Assembly: GCF_036323395.1 (NCBI RefSeq)
Contig: NZ_AP028907.1
Span: 960,001 to 992,000 of the forward strand
Direction: 5' to 3'
DNA from: Pyrodictium abyssi
GTDB taxonomy: Archaea; Thermoproteota; Thermoprotei_A; Sulfolobales; Pyrodictiaceae
DNA: 32,000 nt
The notes beneath the pieces were generated by a model that worked only from the letters and a program-made list of their open reading frames with translations, was not told the origin of the DNA and searched no databases. Made by a program: the position numbers and the translations under genes. Positions 1 to 8,732 of the stretch are shown here, one piece after another (position 1 is the first letter of the stretch; each line of letters begins with the position of its first letter).

Positions 1-801
1 GGTAATGTTCACGTATGTCGGCGGGTAGAGGCCGGCATAAGCGGCCTGCACTATTACGGCCTTAAAAGCGTCTACAAGGGACGGAAGTATCTTGTCGACG
101 CCTGCAACCACTATGTGCTTCCTAGGTATGCCGGCCACGAGTCTTATATTGCCCTCGTTCTCCACAAGAAGGACAGCACCAGTGTCTGCGGCTATAGCAT
201 TAGCGCCGGTAATCCCAACGTCGGCCGTAGTGAGTTTTGCTCTTAGGAATTCGCGTATGGATGCTACCAGCTCTTCTGGGCTAGAAGATGAGATGTCCAC
301 CCCTAGCTTCTCGGACAGTAGCCTGGCAACAGCATTTCTACTCATATGGATTGCCGGTGCGATGGTATGCATGGGTTTGCCGCCTTCTAGCTGAACCAGG
401 AGTTGGCCTAAGTCCGTCTCCCAGACCTCGTTGCCATCCATCTCTAGGCGCTCGCGTAGACCTATCTCTTCAGCAACCATACTCTTGGACATGACTACCA
501 GCTTACCGCGGCCCACAATACGGGCCACAAGCTCTCTGGCCTCCTCCGCGCTCTCCGCAAGATACGGGTTTGCCCGGACTCTCCTAAGACTCTCCATAGC
601 AGCCTCTATGTACTCATCGAGTCTGCTTATAATTATCCTCTTGGCCTCCTCGACCTCCCTCGCAAGCCTCACTAGCTCTGGATAGCGCTCCAGCACGCTA
701 GCTACTTTCCTCTCGTTGCTCGCAGCTACTCGTGCAAGGCTCTCCTGGAGAGCCGGGTCTCCTAGCGCTCTGTATATATTCCGGAGGGTATCAGCTAGCA
801 A
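1..801 (-). CDS. LUD-domain (LutB/LutC-like) lactate utilization protein, C-terminus beyond window start
   Basis: Minus-strand reading frame, not in the ORF track because it is open at the window edge. Hand translation gives ...LVQLEGGKPMHTIAPAIHMSRNAVARLLSEKLGVDISSSSPEELVASIREFLR...GITGANAIAADTGAVLLVENEGN..., the typical LUD/LutB TGAN...A.TG..VLVENEGN signature. Likely TTG start at 801. Confidence 0.8.
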   Translation of the reverse strand, partial: MLADTLRNIYRALGDPALQESLARVAASNERKVASVLERYPELVRLAREVEEAKRIIISRLDEYIEAAMESLRRVRANPYLAESAEEARELVARIVGRGKLVVMSKSMVAEEIGLRERLEMDGNEVWETDLGQLLVQLEGGKPMHTIAPAIHMSRNAVARLLSEKLGVDISSSSPEELVASIREFLRAKLTTADVGITGANAIAADTGAVLLVENEGNIRLVAGIPRKHIVVAGVDKILPSLVDAFKAVIVQAAYAGLYPPTYVNIT

Positions 802-805
802 AAAC

Positions 806-1786
806 TCACACCTCTTTGCCGCGGAGAAGCGTTTTCGAGAGAACAAGAGATATGTCAACTATAGTCTCGCCACTGGCTACCCTCGAAAGGCTAACATAGC
901 ATATAGGGCACATAGTCACAATAGTGGACGCCTTTTCTCGGAGCTCATTCAGCCTCGTGGATGCTATCCTTGCAGCCAGCCTAGGTGAGAGAGCTTCAAC
1001 AGGACCACCACAGCAGTAAGTCATCTTGCCGCTACGCCGCGGCTCCAGCACAGTAACACCAGCAGCCTCTAAGAGACGTCGCGGCTGCTCCACAACACCC
1101 AGGGCCCTGGCGTAGAGACATGGATCATGCACGACTACAGTGTCTCTCTGCTTCCCTGGCGCCAGCAACGCTTTACCTGCAAGAGCCTCATCGAGAACCT
1201 CTAGGTAGTTCACAACCTCCACGTCGAAGCCGTCGATGTACTCCGGGTAGACGTGACGCAGCATATAGGTAGTATGGGGATCCACCGTTATCAGCTTCTC
1301 TACACCGCGTCTCTGTAGCCTGTCGTGCACCTTCGCTGCGTGCTTCTGAAAGGCGTCCTCTAGCCCCATATCGTACAGTATAACACCAGTATACATGTCG
1401 TCCTCATAGAGGTACGCGTAGTCTACCCCAGCTCTAGCCAGCAGCCTAGCTATCGACGCGAGAATGTTCTCTGCGAGCTCCACCTCCCTCCTATCCGGCC
1501 GGATGACTGCTCCAGCAAGTCCAGTCAGCCTCGAAGACGCTGCCAGCCTGAGAACCCTGGCCAGCCTACTGTCCTCCAGCTGCTCTAGAACAGCCACAAG
1601 GCTCTTTATATACGGCATAAGCTGGTACATGACACCAGTGTAGAGGAATACACGGCCACTACGAGGCAGATCCAGCGGCTTAGCCCAGCGATAAGCTATA
1701 TCGCGCGGCGCTGGTACAGGGAGCCCGGTGCGTAGAGTATTCTCAGCCATAATCGATAGAATAGAGTCCACGTCCACGGCTCTCAC
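806..1786 (-). CDS. CCG-domain (cysteine-rich) Fe-S oxidoreductase subunit, GlcF/LutA/HdrD-like C-terminal half
   Basis: ORF 326 aa; C-terminal CCG domain VVHDPCLYAR...TYCCGGPVEAL...TMCPICYVSL. Overlaps the upstream ferredoxin-like ORF by 4 nt. Confidence 0.8.
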   Translation of the reverse strand: MRAVDVDSILSIMAENTLRTGLPVPAPRDIAYRWAKPLDLPRSGRVFLYTGVMYQLMPYIKSLVAVLEQLEDSRLARVLRLAASSRLTGLAGAVIRPDRREVELAENILASIARLLARAGVDYAYLYEDDMYTGVILYDMGLEDAFQKHAAKVHDRLQRRGVEKLITVDPHTTYMLRHVYPEYIDGFDVEVVNYLEVLDEALAGKALLAPGKQRDTVVVHDPCLYARALGVVEQPRRLLEAAGVTVLEPRRSGKMTYCCGGPVEALSPRLAARIASTRLNELREKASTIVTMCPICYVSLSRVASGETIVDISLVLSKTLLRGKEV

Positions 1787-2115
1787 CCCCGAATGGCCAC
1801 CTCTATGGGGGACCCAGGTAGCAGCTCACCGCGATTGCGGAGAACGCGGACAACTCTCACAATACCGGCAACGTCCACGGAAATAGGGCACTTAGTCGTA
1901 CACGCTCTACACATGAGGCATGAAAAGATGGATGCAAGAGCCTCGCCGGAGACCGGGGCCTCGCTGGCGAGCAGCTGGAGCGCTATAGCAACACGGCCTC
2001 GAGGACCATAACCGCGGTGAACACCGTGAGGAAGGGTAGGGCATACAGCTTCGCAGAACCCGCAGTAGAGACAACGCTGGGCTTCTCGGAGTGCAGTCTC
2101 CCGGAGACCCGTCAC
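1783..2115 (-). CDS. 4Fe-4S dicluster protein (GlcF/LutB-like N-terminal half)
   Basis: ORF 110 aa with CLYCGFCEAVCP and CLMCRACTTKCP, two [4Fe-4S] ligand motifs. Confidence 0.8.
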   Translation of the reverse strand: MTGLRETALREAQRCLYCGFCEAVCPTLPHGVHRGYGPRGRVAIALQLLASEAPVSGEALASIFSCLMCRACTTKCPISVDVAGIVRVVRVLRNRGELLPGSPIEVAIRG

Positions 2116-2122
2116 GGCCAGG

Positions 2123-3538
2123 CTACACCACCTTCCCCGGATTCAGTATCCCCTTCGGATCGAACACGCGTTTAATCATCCTCATCAACTCCAAAGCCTT
2201 AAGAGAGCCAAGAGACTCCAGCTCCATCCTCAACCCGTCCTTCTTCATAACGCCGATACCATGCTCGGCGCTAACAGTCCCACCCAGCTCCACAGCAAGC
2301 TTCATAACATCGAAGAACCACGCCTCAACCCTCCTCTTCGCATCGGCATCCTCTGGGTCAAAGCCTACAGCAGGATGCAGATTGCCGTCACCTATATGGC
2401 CTCCAAGCATCATGGGTAGACCATACTTCTCCTCGAGCCTACGCAGCCCCTCAACAGCTTCGGCGAGACGGGAAGGAGGAACAGCAATATCCTCAATATA
2501 GACAAGCACCCTCTCACTACCTGTAAGGCTTCGTGCAAGAGCTACTTGTGCAGGGAAGAGGCTTCTACGGAGATCGAATAAACCTCTACGGTTAGCCTCG
2601 TCTAGGCTTCCTGCCGTATAGACAAGGCTGGCACCGCTCCTCCGCATAATGTTCTCTAGCTGTGCAAGCACCCTACTGGTAGCCTCACGGTTAACGTCTA
2701 CACTTACAAGGAGCATGTGGCCTGCTACTTTCTGAGGCCAGCCGAGAAACTCTACAGCCCTCTCAACGGTGCAGTTATCCATAAACTCCATTATCAGCGG
2801 CTGGAGCCTCTCCTCCTTGATCTCCACGGCAGCTTCCACGAGGTCAGCTAGCTTATCGAAAAAGGCTAGTACAGTGACAACAGCCTCGGGCGCAGGTATT
2901 ATGCGGAGAGTAGCCTCGGTAACAACAGCGAGTGTGCCTTCGCTGCCAACAATAAGCCTTACGAGATCATAGCCTTGCCTACATTTAACAGTCTTGCACC
3001 CAACCCGCATAACGGTGCCATTCTCGTCTGGTAGGACTATCTCGAGGCCCAGCACCCAACCCCTCATAGTACCATACTTGGCTCCCCGCATTCCACCAGC
3101 TCCACTATTCACCGCACCGCCTACCGTGGCAACAGACGAGCTAGCAGGATCCACGGGAAACATATATCCATACCTGGCAAGCTCTATATTGAGATCGTCG
3201 ATCCTTACACCGGGCTCAGTAACAGCTATGCCGTCAACTACGCTTACGTGCTTCACTCTGTTCATTCTCTCAAGACTGAGTACAACACCGTCTGAGGGTA
3301 GGGCGGACCCCGAGAGACTCGTAGCAGACCCTTGCGGGTAGACTTTGATGTCATGCTGGTATGCGAAAGCAAGAAGCCTAGACACATCGGATGCATTCTC
3401 CGCCAGAACCACGGCGGTGGGAAGGCTGTCAGGCTCTAAGCCTGTAGCCTCGCGGGAGTACAGCCTCACTATAGTGGGATCAGTTACAACCTTGTCCTTG
3501 CCAAGTAGCCTTTGCAGCTTCTCGCCAACAGTATTCAT
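2123..3538 (-). CDS. FAD-linked oxidase, GlcD/D-lactate dehydrogenase family
   Basis: ORF 471 aa; PQGSATSLSGSALPSDGVVLSLERMN, GGAVNSGAGGMRGAKYG, GGHIGDGNLHP, SAEHGIGVMKK are GlcD-family FAD-binding/oxidase signatures. Confidence 0.9.
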   Translation of the reverse strand: MNTVGEKLQRLLGKDKVVTDPTIVRLYSREATGLEPDSLPTAVVLAENASDVSRLLAFAYQHDIKVYPQGSATSLSGSALPSDGVVLSLERMNRVKHVSVVDGIAVTEPGVRIDDLNIELARYGYMFPVDPASSSVATVGGAVNSGAGGMRGAKYGTMRGWVLGLEIVLPDENGTVMRVGCKTVKCRQGYDLVRLIVGSEGTLAVVTEATLRIIPAPEAVVTVLAFFDKLADLVEAAVEIKEERLQPLIMEFMDNCTVERAVEFLGWPQKVAGHMLLVSVDVNREATSRVLAQLENIMRRSGASLVYTAGSLDEANRRGLFDLRRSLFPAQVALARSLTGSERVLVYIEDIAVPPSRLAEAVEGLRRLEEKYGLPMMLGGHIGDGNLHPAVGFDPEDADAKRRVEAWFFDVMKLAVELGGTVSAEHGIGVMKKDGLRMELESLGSLKALELMRMIKRVFDPKGILNPGKVV

Positions 3539-3796
3539 TGCCCTGCCAGCCTCGCGCCCCTGAGGCGGAAACCGTGGAAGAATCTCCGAGTCACGCGGGA
3601 GCCTAGTGGTACTGGTAGCACACTAGCGTAAGATATAATGTTTACTCACTGTAATATAGAATAGTGATGAATATTGTGGGCCAGGCACAATAGAATAGGG
3701 TGCAAGTGGAGGAAAACACTAGCATAACTACGGGAGGCGTGTGTTCACGGTATCCCTACAAGCTAGGACGGATTGATAAGTAGGAGGGAGAAGGTG

Positions 3797-3873
<77 letters not shown>

Positions 3874-3920
3874 CCCGGTTCCCCGGCGGCCGTGTTTGGC
3901 AGGAGAGGCTTGCCCGAGGT

Positions 3921-3931
3921 TTTATCAAGTT
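3921..3931 (-). promoter_or_regulatory. TATA-like promoter element for tRNA-Asn
   Basis: Minus-strand AACTTGATAAA about 49 nt upstream of the tRNA 5' end; the identical element precedes the neighbouring CAU tRNA. Confidence 0.6.
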
Positions 3932-4081
3932 TACGCGCACTGGAGATGTAATGGGCGAGGTAGTCTCCCATGCTGGTGATTGTGCTGTAGATAAGGTTAT
4001 GTGCTGATAAGACGCATCAAGGTACTGCTGGGTAGAATCGTGGGACAAGGGGAGAATGGGGTGTGGACCGGGGCCCAGCGA

Positions 4082-4158
4082 TGGTGGGCCCGGGGGGATT
4101 CGAACCCCCGACCACCCGGTTATGAGCCGGGCGCTCTGCCGGGCTGAGCTACGGGCCC
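4082..4158 (-). tRNA. tRNA with CAU anticodon (elongator Met or Ile2)
   Basis: Reverse complement GGGCCCGTAGCTCAGCCCGGCAGAGCGCCCGGCTCATAACCGGGTGGTCGGGGGTTCGAATCCCCCCGGGCCCACCA; cloverleaf, loop CTCATAA; CCA encoded. Confidence 0.93.
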
Positions 4159-4196
4159 ATACACCCATGATACTAGTCTGGGAGCCACCGGCGGGC

Positions 4197-4207
4197 TTTA
4201 TCAAGTT
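4197..4207 (-). promoter_or_regulatory. TATA-like promoter element for the CAU tRNA
   Basis: Minus-strand AACTTGATAAA about 39 nt upstream of the tRNA 5' end. Confidence 0.6.
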
Positions 4208-4428
4208 ATCGGTTACATCAGCCGGATGGATGTATTATCCGGTCTACGGGTACCGTGTAGAGTTGATGAGCGTCACAATGGTTATGGGATAATACACCGG
4301 TATTAGGACATCCAGTGCGAGAGCTGAAAGATATATAACGAAGCCATGGAGTGGCGTGGCCATAACCTCAACTACATTGGCGTACACTTACTAGCACGGA
4401 GCAGAACTCCTAGTGGGGTGTGTTGTGT

Positions 4429-4617
4429 ATGGCTTGTGAGAAGGCTGTGAAGGTTCGTGACCCGACTACTGGTAAGGAGGTAGAGCTAGTACCCATCAAG
4501 GTGTGGCAGCTAGCCCCCAGGGGCAGGAAGGGCGTAAAGATAGGCCTATTCAAGAGCCCAGAGACCGGCAAGTACTTCCGCGCTAAGGTGCCAGACGACT
4601 ACCCAATATGCAGCTAA
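4429..4617 (+). CDS. cren7: Chromatin protein Cren7
   Basis: [62 protein letters not shown] closely resembles the Cren7 family ([30 protein letters not shown]). Internal ATG at 4429 preferred over the track start 4420. Confidence 0.95.
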   Translation: MACEKAVKVRDPTTGKEVELVPIKVWQLAPRGRKGVKIGLFKSPETGKYFRAKVPDDYPICS

Positions 4618-4753
4618 CAAGAGAGAAACTAGCAGTAAAATCACCGCGATTATCTATTTTCTTCGCTATTGGTCTTAGGCTTCATGCTGTTAGGGTATCT
4701 TGGGTTAGCCCTATTGGCCCTGCAATTAATGGCTACTTCTCCGGGCAGCTGGT

Positions 4754-5251
4754 ATGAGCTGGGACTGGCTCCTGCCAGTAGCCTATCTAGCCTATACGAG
4801 GAGTAGGCTAGACCAGTCTGAGCTCGCACGACTGCTTGGAGTACCGGGGTCTATGGCGAAGAAACTGTTGTGGGCGGCTATCCGGCACGGATTCGTAAGG
4901 ATGGATAATGGTTTTATCGATATAACGATGAAGGGGGCTAGGCTCGTGGAGAAGGTCTGGTATGTTGCAAGAGCCTCTAACAGGTTTGTGTTTGTGATGC
5001 CGGGGCGTCTGGTGATAGTCTTCGTAAGGCCTCGGCGGGGCCTACGAGCCTATAGTATAACAGCTAGACTAGCGTGTAATGTTTATGCCGCCTTGGCTAG
5101 CGGTGTAAGTACCCCGCGTGAGATCTCGTCGAGGATTGGCGTGCACCCGAAGACGGTATCGCTGGCTATACGGGCGCTCCGTGTACTCGGCTGCCCGGGT
5201 GCCTGTTGCGTACTCGTGGGCTTGTGTAGCGGGCTGAGCGGTAAGGAATAA
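4754..5251 (+). CDS. Hypothetical protein with winged-helix/MarR-like segments
   Basis: ORF 165 aa; SELARLLGVPGSMAKKLLWAAIRHGFV and TPREISSRIGVHPKTVSLAIRALRVLG look like helix-turn-helix segments. Confidence 0.55.
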   Translation: MSWDWLLPVAYLAYTRSRLDQSELARLLGVPGSMAKKLLWAAIRHGFVRMDNGFIDITMKGARLVEKVWYVARASNRFVFVMPGRLVIVFVRPRRGLRAYSITARLACNVYAALASGVSTPREISSRIGVHPKTVSLAIRALRVLGCPGACCVLVGLCSGLSGKE

Positions 5252-5355
5252 ACCCCTCCCCGGCTAGCCTAGAGGCATGGGTTGAACCCCCGGCTGACCC
5301 GCGCGGGGAGCGCGGGGATGAGCGTCATGGTGGGCCCTGAGAAGCGTGCCTGGAT

Positions 5356-5490
5356 GGGCCCGTAGCTCAGCCAGGCAGAGCGCCGGGCTCCAGACCCCGG
5401 AGCCGGTCCACAAGGCGCTGGGTCTGTCGAGCCCCTGGATGAGAGGGAGAGACCCGGCGGTCGGGGGTTCAAATCCCCCCGGGCCCACCA
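5356..5490 (+). tRNA. tRNA-Trp (CCA anticodon) with 58-nt intron at 5394..5451
   Basis: Exons GGGCCCGTAGCTCAGCCAGGCAGAGCGCCGGGCTCCAG + ACCCGGCGGTCGGGGGTTCAAATCCCCCCGGGCCCACCA form a full cloverleaf. Bulge-helix-bulge: bulge AGA 5392-5394, helix CTCC(5388-5391)/GGAG(5446-5449), bulge AGA 5450-5452. Confidence 0.93.
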
Positions 5491-5645
5491 TGCCTACTCG
5501 CCGCGCCGTCTACTCTTCTCTACCCCCTTGTACCTCTCAGTGCATCCATCGCGCCGTCTATGCCTCTTGTTATGGTGTGGCAGCTTCTCTGGTACTGTGT
5601 CCTTCTGCGGCGGTCGGGGGTTACTGTCTTTAGCCCGGCAGAGGC

Positions 5646-6932
5646 ATGCCTGGCCACGTAGGAGGTGTAAGGGGCACGGTGGCGAGCAGGGTGAAGGACC
5701 CAGCTCTAGCGGAGAAGGGTATGCTCCAGATAGAATGGGCAGAGATGCACATGCCGGTAGTAGCCAAGTTCATCAGAGAGAGGTTTGTCCGCGAGAAGCC
5801 GCTTCAGGGCGTGCGTGTTGGCGCGGTTCTCCACGTGACCAAGGAGACGGCCACGCTGGTCCGCACTCTGGCTGCTGGCGGTGCAGAGGTCCGGCTAGCT
5901 GCAAGCAACCCGCTAAGCACACAGGACGATGTCGCAGCCGCTCTCGCGCGCGAGGAGAACATAGAGGTCTGTGCATGGCGCGGGATGAATGAGGAGGAAT
6001 ACTTTTCGTGTATCCGCTGGGTGGCTGAGTGGAGGCCAAACATAGTTATAGACGATGGCGGCGACCTACACGCGATGCTCCACAAAGAGTACCCGGAGAT
6101 AGCTGATGGGGTTTGGGGAGGCACGGAGGAGACTACTACTGGTGTGATAAGGCTTCGCGCCATGGAGAAGGATGGTGTGCTAAAGTACCCGGCTATAGCT
6201 GTCAACGATGCCCGCACTAAGATGATGTTCGACAATAGGTATGGTACCGGGCAGAGCACCATAGACGGCATACTAAGGGCAACCAACATACTCTTCGCGG
6301 GCAAGGTGGTAGTAGTCGCTGGCTACGGCTGGGTTGGCCGCGGCATAGCTCTCCGCGCACGGGGCATGGGCGCCCGCGTCATAGTCACCGAGGTGGACCC
6401 GATAAAGGCTCTAGAGGCTGTCATGGATGGCTTCGACGTAATGTCGATGAAGGAGGCTGCCCGCTACGGTGACGTGTTCATAACAGCGACGGGTAACAAG
6501 AAGGTGATACGCCGGGAGCACATCGAAGTGATGAAGGATGGTGCTATACTAGCTAACGCTGGCCACTTCAACGTAGAGATATGGGTGCCTGATCTCGAGG
6601 AAATGGCGGTAGCGAAGCGGGAGGTGAGGCCCTACGTCACCGAGTACCGGCTAGCAGATGGCCGCAGGATATACCTGCTAGCAGAGGGCCGCCTAGTGAA
6701 CCTAGTAGCAGCCGAGGGCCACCCCAGCGAGGTAATGGACATGAGCTTCGCGAACCAGGCGCTCGCAGCAGAGTACCTAGTCAGGAACCGCGGCAAGCTG
6801 GAGCCAAAGGTCTACGTGGTACCCAGGGAGATAGACGAGGAGGTTGCACGCCTCAAGCTAAAAGCCATGGGGATAAGCATAGACGAGCTAACCGGGGAGC
6901 AGAAAGAATACCTATCCAGCTGGCAGCTCTAG
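5646..6932 (+). CDS. ahcY: S-adenosylhomocysteine hydrolase (adenosylhomocysteinase)
   Basis: ORF 428 aa; [52 protein letters not shown]-type motif ([21 protein letters not shown]), [35 protein letters not shown]. Confidence 0.97.
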   Translation: MPGHVGGVRGTVASRVKDPALAEKGMLQIEWAEMHMPVVAKFIRERFVREKPLQGVRVGAVLHVTKETATLVRTLAAGGAEVRLAASNPLSTQDDVAAALAREENIEVCAWRGMNEEEYFSCIRWVAEWRPNIVIDDGGDLHAMLHKEYPEIADGVWGGTEETTTGVIRLRAMEKDGVLKYPAIAVNDARTKMMFDNRYGTGQSTIDGILRATNILFAGKVVVVAGYGWVGRGIALRARGMGARVIVTEVDPIKALEAVMDGFDVMSMKEAARYGDVFITATGNKKVIRREHIEVMKDGAILANAGHFNVEIWVPDLEEMAVAKREVRPYVTEYRLADGRRIYLLAEGRLVNLVAAEGHPSEVMDMSFANQALAAEYLVRNRGKLEPKVYVVPREIDEEVARLKLKAMGISIDELTGEQKEYLSSWQL

Positions 6933-7014
6933 GTTCCAAGGGCTTCGCGTGCACCCGGTCACCGTTTCGCGGGTATTTTAGGGGCCGAGAATCAGTCCTC
7001 CCTTCTCTACTACA

Positions 7015-7105
7015 CGGGGGCTGTGAAGTCTTACAGCCGATCCGAACCCCGCGCCCATGTATGGGGGATGGCGAGTTTCGCCCCTCTAGAGCCCCCACAT
7101 ATCGC
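7015..7105. ncRNA. Candidate structured RNA or structured 3' UTR (two hairpins)
   Basis: GGCTGT 7019-7024 pairs with ACAGCC 7033-7038; ATGTATGGGGG 7057-7067 pairs with CCCCCACATAT 7092-7102 (one mismatch, one G-U), enclosing GGCGA 7070-7074 / TCGCC 7078-7082. Intergenic. Confidence 0.3.
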
Positions 7106-7215
7106 TGCTAGCAATGGGTACTGGGCTTGTCGGCCGATGAAGACTACGCCAGCGTCGGAGCCACAGCCAGCCGGGCAGTGAAGAGTGACTTGGCTCCGAG
7201 GCGCGCTGCGGAATT

Positions 7216-8055
7216 CTACTCTGTTCTAGGCTCTTCTACGAAGCGCCAAGCCTTCTTCGACGCGTCGAAGTAGATTAGTCCTGCCTCTTTAAGCCTCTGG
7301 AAGAGCGTGTACTGGGTATCAGTTAGTAGTAGCTTTATCTCGTCGTCGTTAGCGGTCGGGAGCTGCTCCACTTTCTCGCGGAAGTTCTCCCAGAAAGCCC
7401 GGTCAACGGCTACCCGTTCTCCCCCTATATCGAGTATTAGGGCGCCCTCACGCCTCAGCTTCTCGAAGAACGCGTCGCGGTCCCTGAGCCACTGTACGTC
7501 ATGCTCAAAGACTACTCCCTGCTCCCGGAGCCTCTCTATAGCAGAACGCCTCCTAGCCCGCTGATAGTGCTCTTTCCTCTCCGAGGCTTGCTGGGGCTGA
7601 ACCCGGGCAATCGTGCCCTCACGGCGGCGCTGGCTCTCTAACGCCTCTTCGAGGCTCTTAACGCGTTCCTCTAGCGACTCGAGCCGTTCAATAGCCTCAG
7701 CCAGCTTTGAGGACAGCGAGTCTATCTTGGCAGTCCACGGGTTAACCATATCCTGGATGCGCCGCTCGAGCCTGGCAACGAGCTTCTCCAGGTCCGGCGG
7801 GACAACCTCTATCTTTTCGCCAGTGGCTATCTCCCTAAGCTTCTCAGATACTATGCGCTCCACGAGCGCCTCTATGTTATCGCCCTCGACGAGACCGAGC
7901 TCCCTCATGATGAGGTAGCGTAGGTAGTCGGACACCAGGGGGAATCCTTCCTGTCTAGCCCTCTCCTCTAGCTCGCGGTAGATACTGTCCGGAAGCCTAA
8001 TGGCGACAACACGTGGCATAGCAACCACTCTCGCGGAATACAGGCGTCCCGGCAT
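7216..8055 (-). CDS. Ribbon-helix-helix (CopG-like) N-terminal domain plus coiled-coil protein
   Basis: ORF 279 aa; VVAIRLPDSIYRELEERARQEGFPLVSDYLRYLIMRELG resembles an RHH domain; central LEKLVARLERRIQ...LESLEERVKSLEEALE heptad-rich region. Confidence 0.65.
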   Translation of the reverse strand: MPGRLYSARVVAMPRVVAIRLPDSIYRELEERARQEGFPLVSDYLRYLIMRELGLVEGDNIEALVERIVSEKLREIATGEKIEVVPPDLEKLVARLERRIQDMVNPWTAKIDSLSSKLAEAIERLESLEERVKSLEEALESQRRREGTIARVQPQQASERKEHYQRARRRSAIERLREQGVVFEHDVQWLRDRDAFFEKLRREGALILDIGGERVAVDRAFWENFREKVEQLPTANDDEIKLLLTDTQYTLFQRLKEAGLIYFDASKKAWRFVEEPRTE

Positions 8056-8204
8056 AGCTAGTTGGAGGCAGGGCGTAGGCCCGGGCCCTGCCAGAGGATA
8101 GGATAGAGCTAGGCGAGCCCTAAATTCGGGTTAAGCCTCTCTCGTAGAGCGCGGGGCTGTGCTGAAGGCTGTACTCGCCGAGGCAGCTATGTGGACACCT
8201 TTAA

Positions 8205-8732
8205 GTGCTGAGCCCCCGCCCTAGCGGCTCCTCCTGGGGTGCAGGAGCATCCTTGAAGGCGAGGGTAACGGTGCTAGTTCACGACGTGTCGAGCGCCCAG
8301 CGTTTGATAGACATAGCTAAGCTAGCCTACGGGCTCGGCTTCACCCACCTAGTCGCTACAAAGGTCTATGGCGCGGCAGCGTCGAGTGGCGTGCCCGAGG
8401 CTACGCGCCTAGCGCTGAGGCTAGGCAGAAGCTTCTCAGTACTACCGAGCGTGAAGGATGCTATAGAGCTGCTTGCGCCAGACAAGGTGGTCGTGGTCTC
8501 GAGGGAGTATGGTGAACCGGTAGAGCCCTGGAGCTACGCGGAGAAGCTAGCCGGTAGCCAAGGAGGCGTACTGATAGTATTCGGAGGCATAGACGCCGCC
8601 CCAGGAAAGGATGTTGCCGGCCTAGGTGAAGCGGTCTACCCGGTGGGCGCTGAGGCTAGGCTGACGCCAGTAGCCGAGGCAGCTCTATTCCTCTACCCGC
8701 TGTCTAGGATACTTTCTCAAGAAACCTCCTAA
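8205..8732 (+). CDS. SpoU/SPOUT-like predicted RNA methylase family protein (COG4080-like)
   Basis: LKARVTVLVHDVSSAQRLIDIAKLAYGLGFTHLVATKVYGAAASSGVPEATRLALRLGRSFSVLPSVKDAIELLAPDKVVVVS...; true start may be TTG at 8253. Family assignment from memory. Confidence 0.5.
   Translation: MLSPRPSGSSWGAGASLKARVTVLVHDVSSAQRLIDIAKLAYGLGFTHLVATKVYGAAASSGVPEATRLALRLGRSFSVLPSVKDAIELLAPDKVVVVSREYGEPVEPWSYAEKLAGSQGGVLIVFGGIDAAPGKDVAGLGEAVYPVGAEARLTPVAEAALFLYPLSRILSQETS

Noticed and set aside
3665-3700. GTGATGA (box C-like) in the intergenic region upstream of the GlcD-like gene
   Set aside because: No CUGA box D at a suitable distance.
4260-4330. Box C/D sRNA-like GTTGATGAGC ... GAGAGCTGAAAG upstream of Cren7
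   Set aside because: Spacing is about right, but no convincing C'/D' boxes or guide target could be identified; the TATA-like AGATATATAAC overlaps its end. Not strong enough to call.
5264-5491. Minus ORF MVGPGGFEPPTAGSLPLIQG... (and similar 3756..3971, 3863..4204, 4056..4292, 5269..5472, 5346..5633)
   Set aside because: These are translations through tRNA genes (the GGFEPP-type peptide is a classic antisense-tRNA artefact); the tRNA folds explain the sequence.
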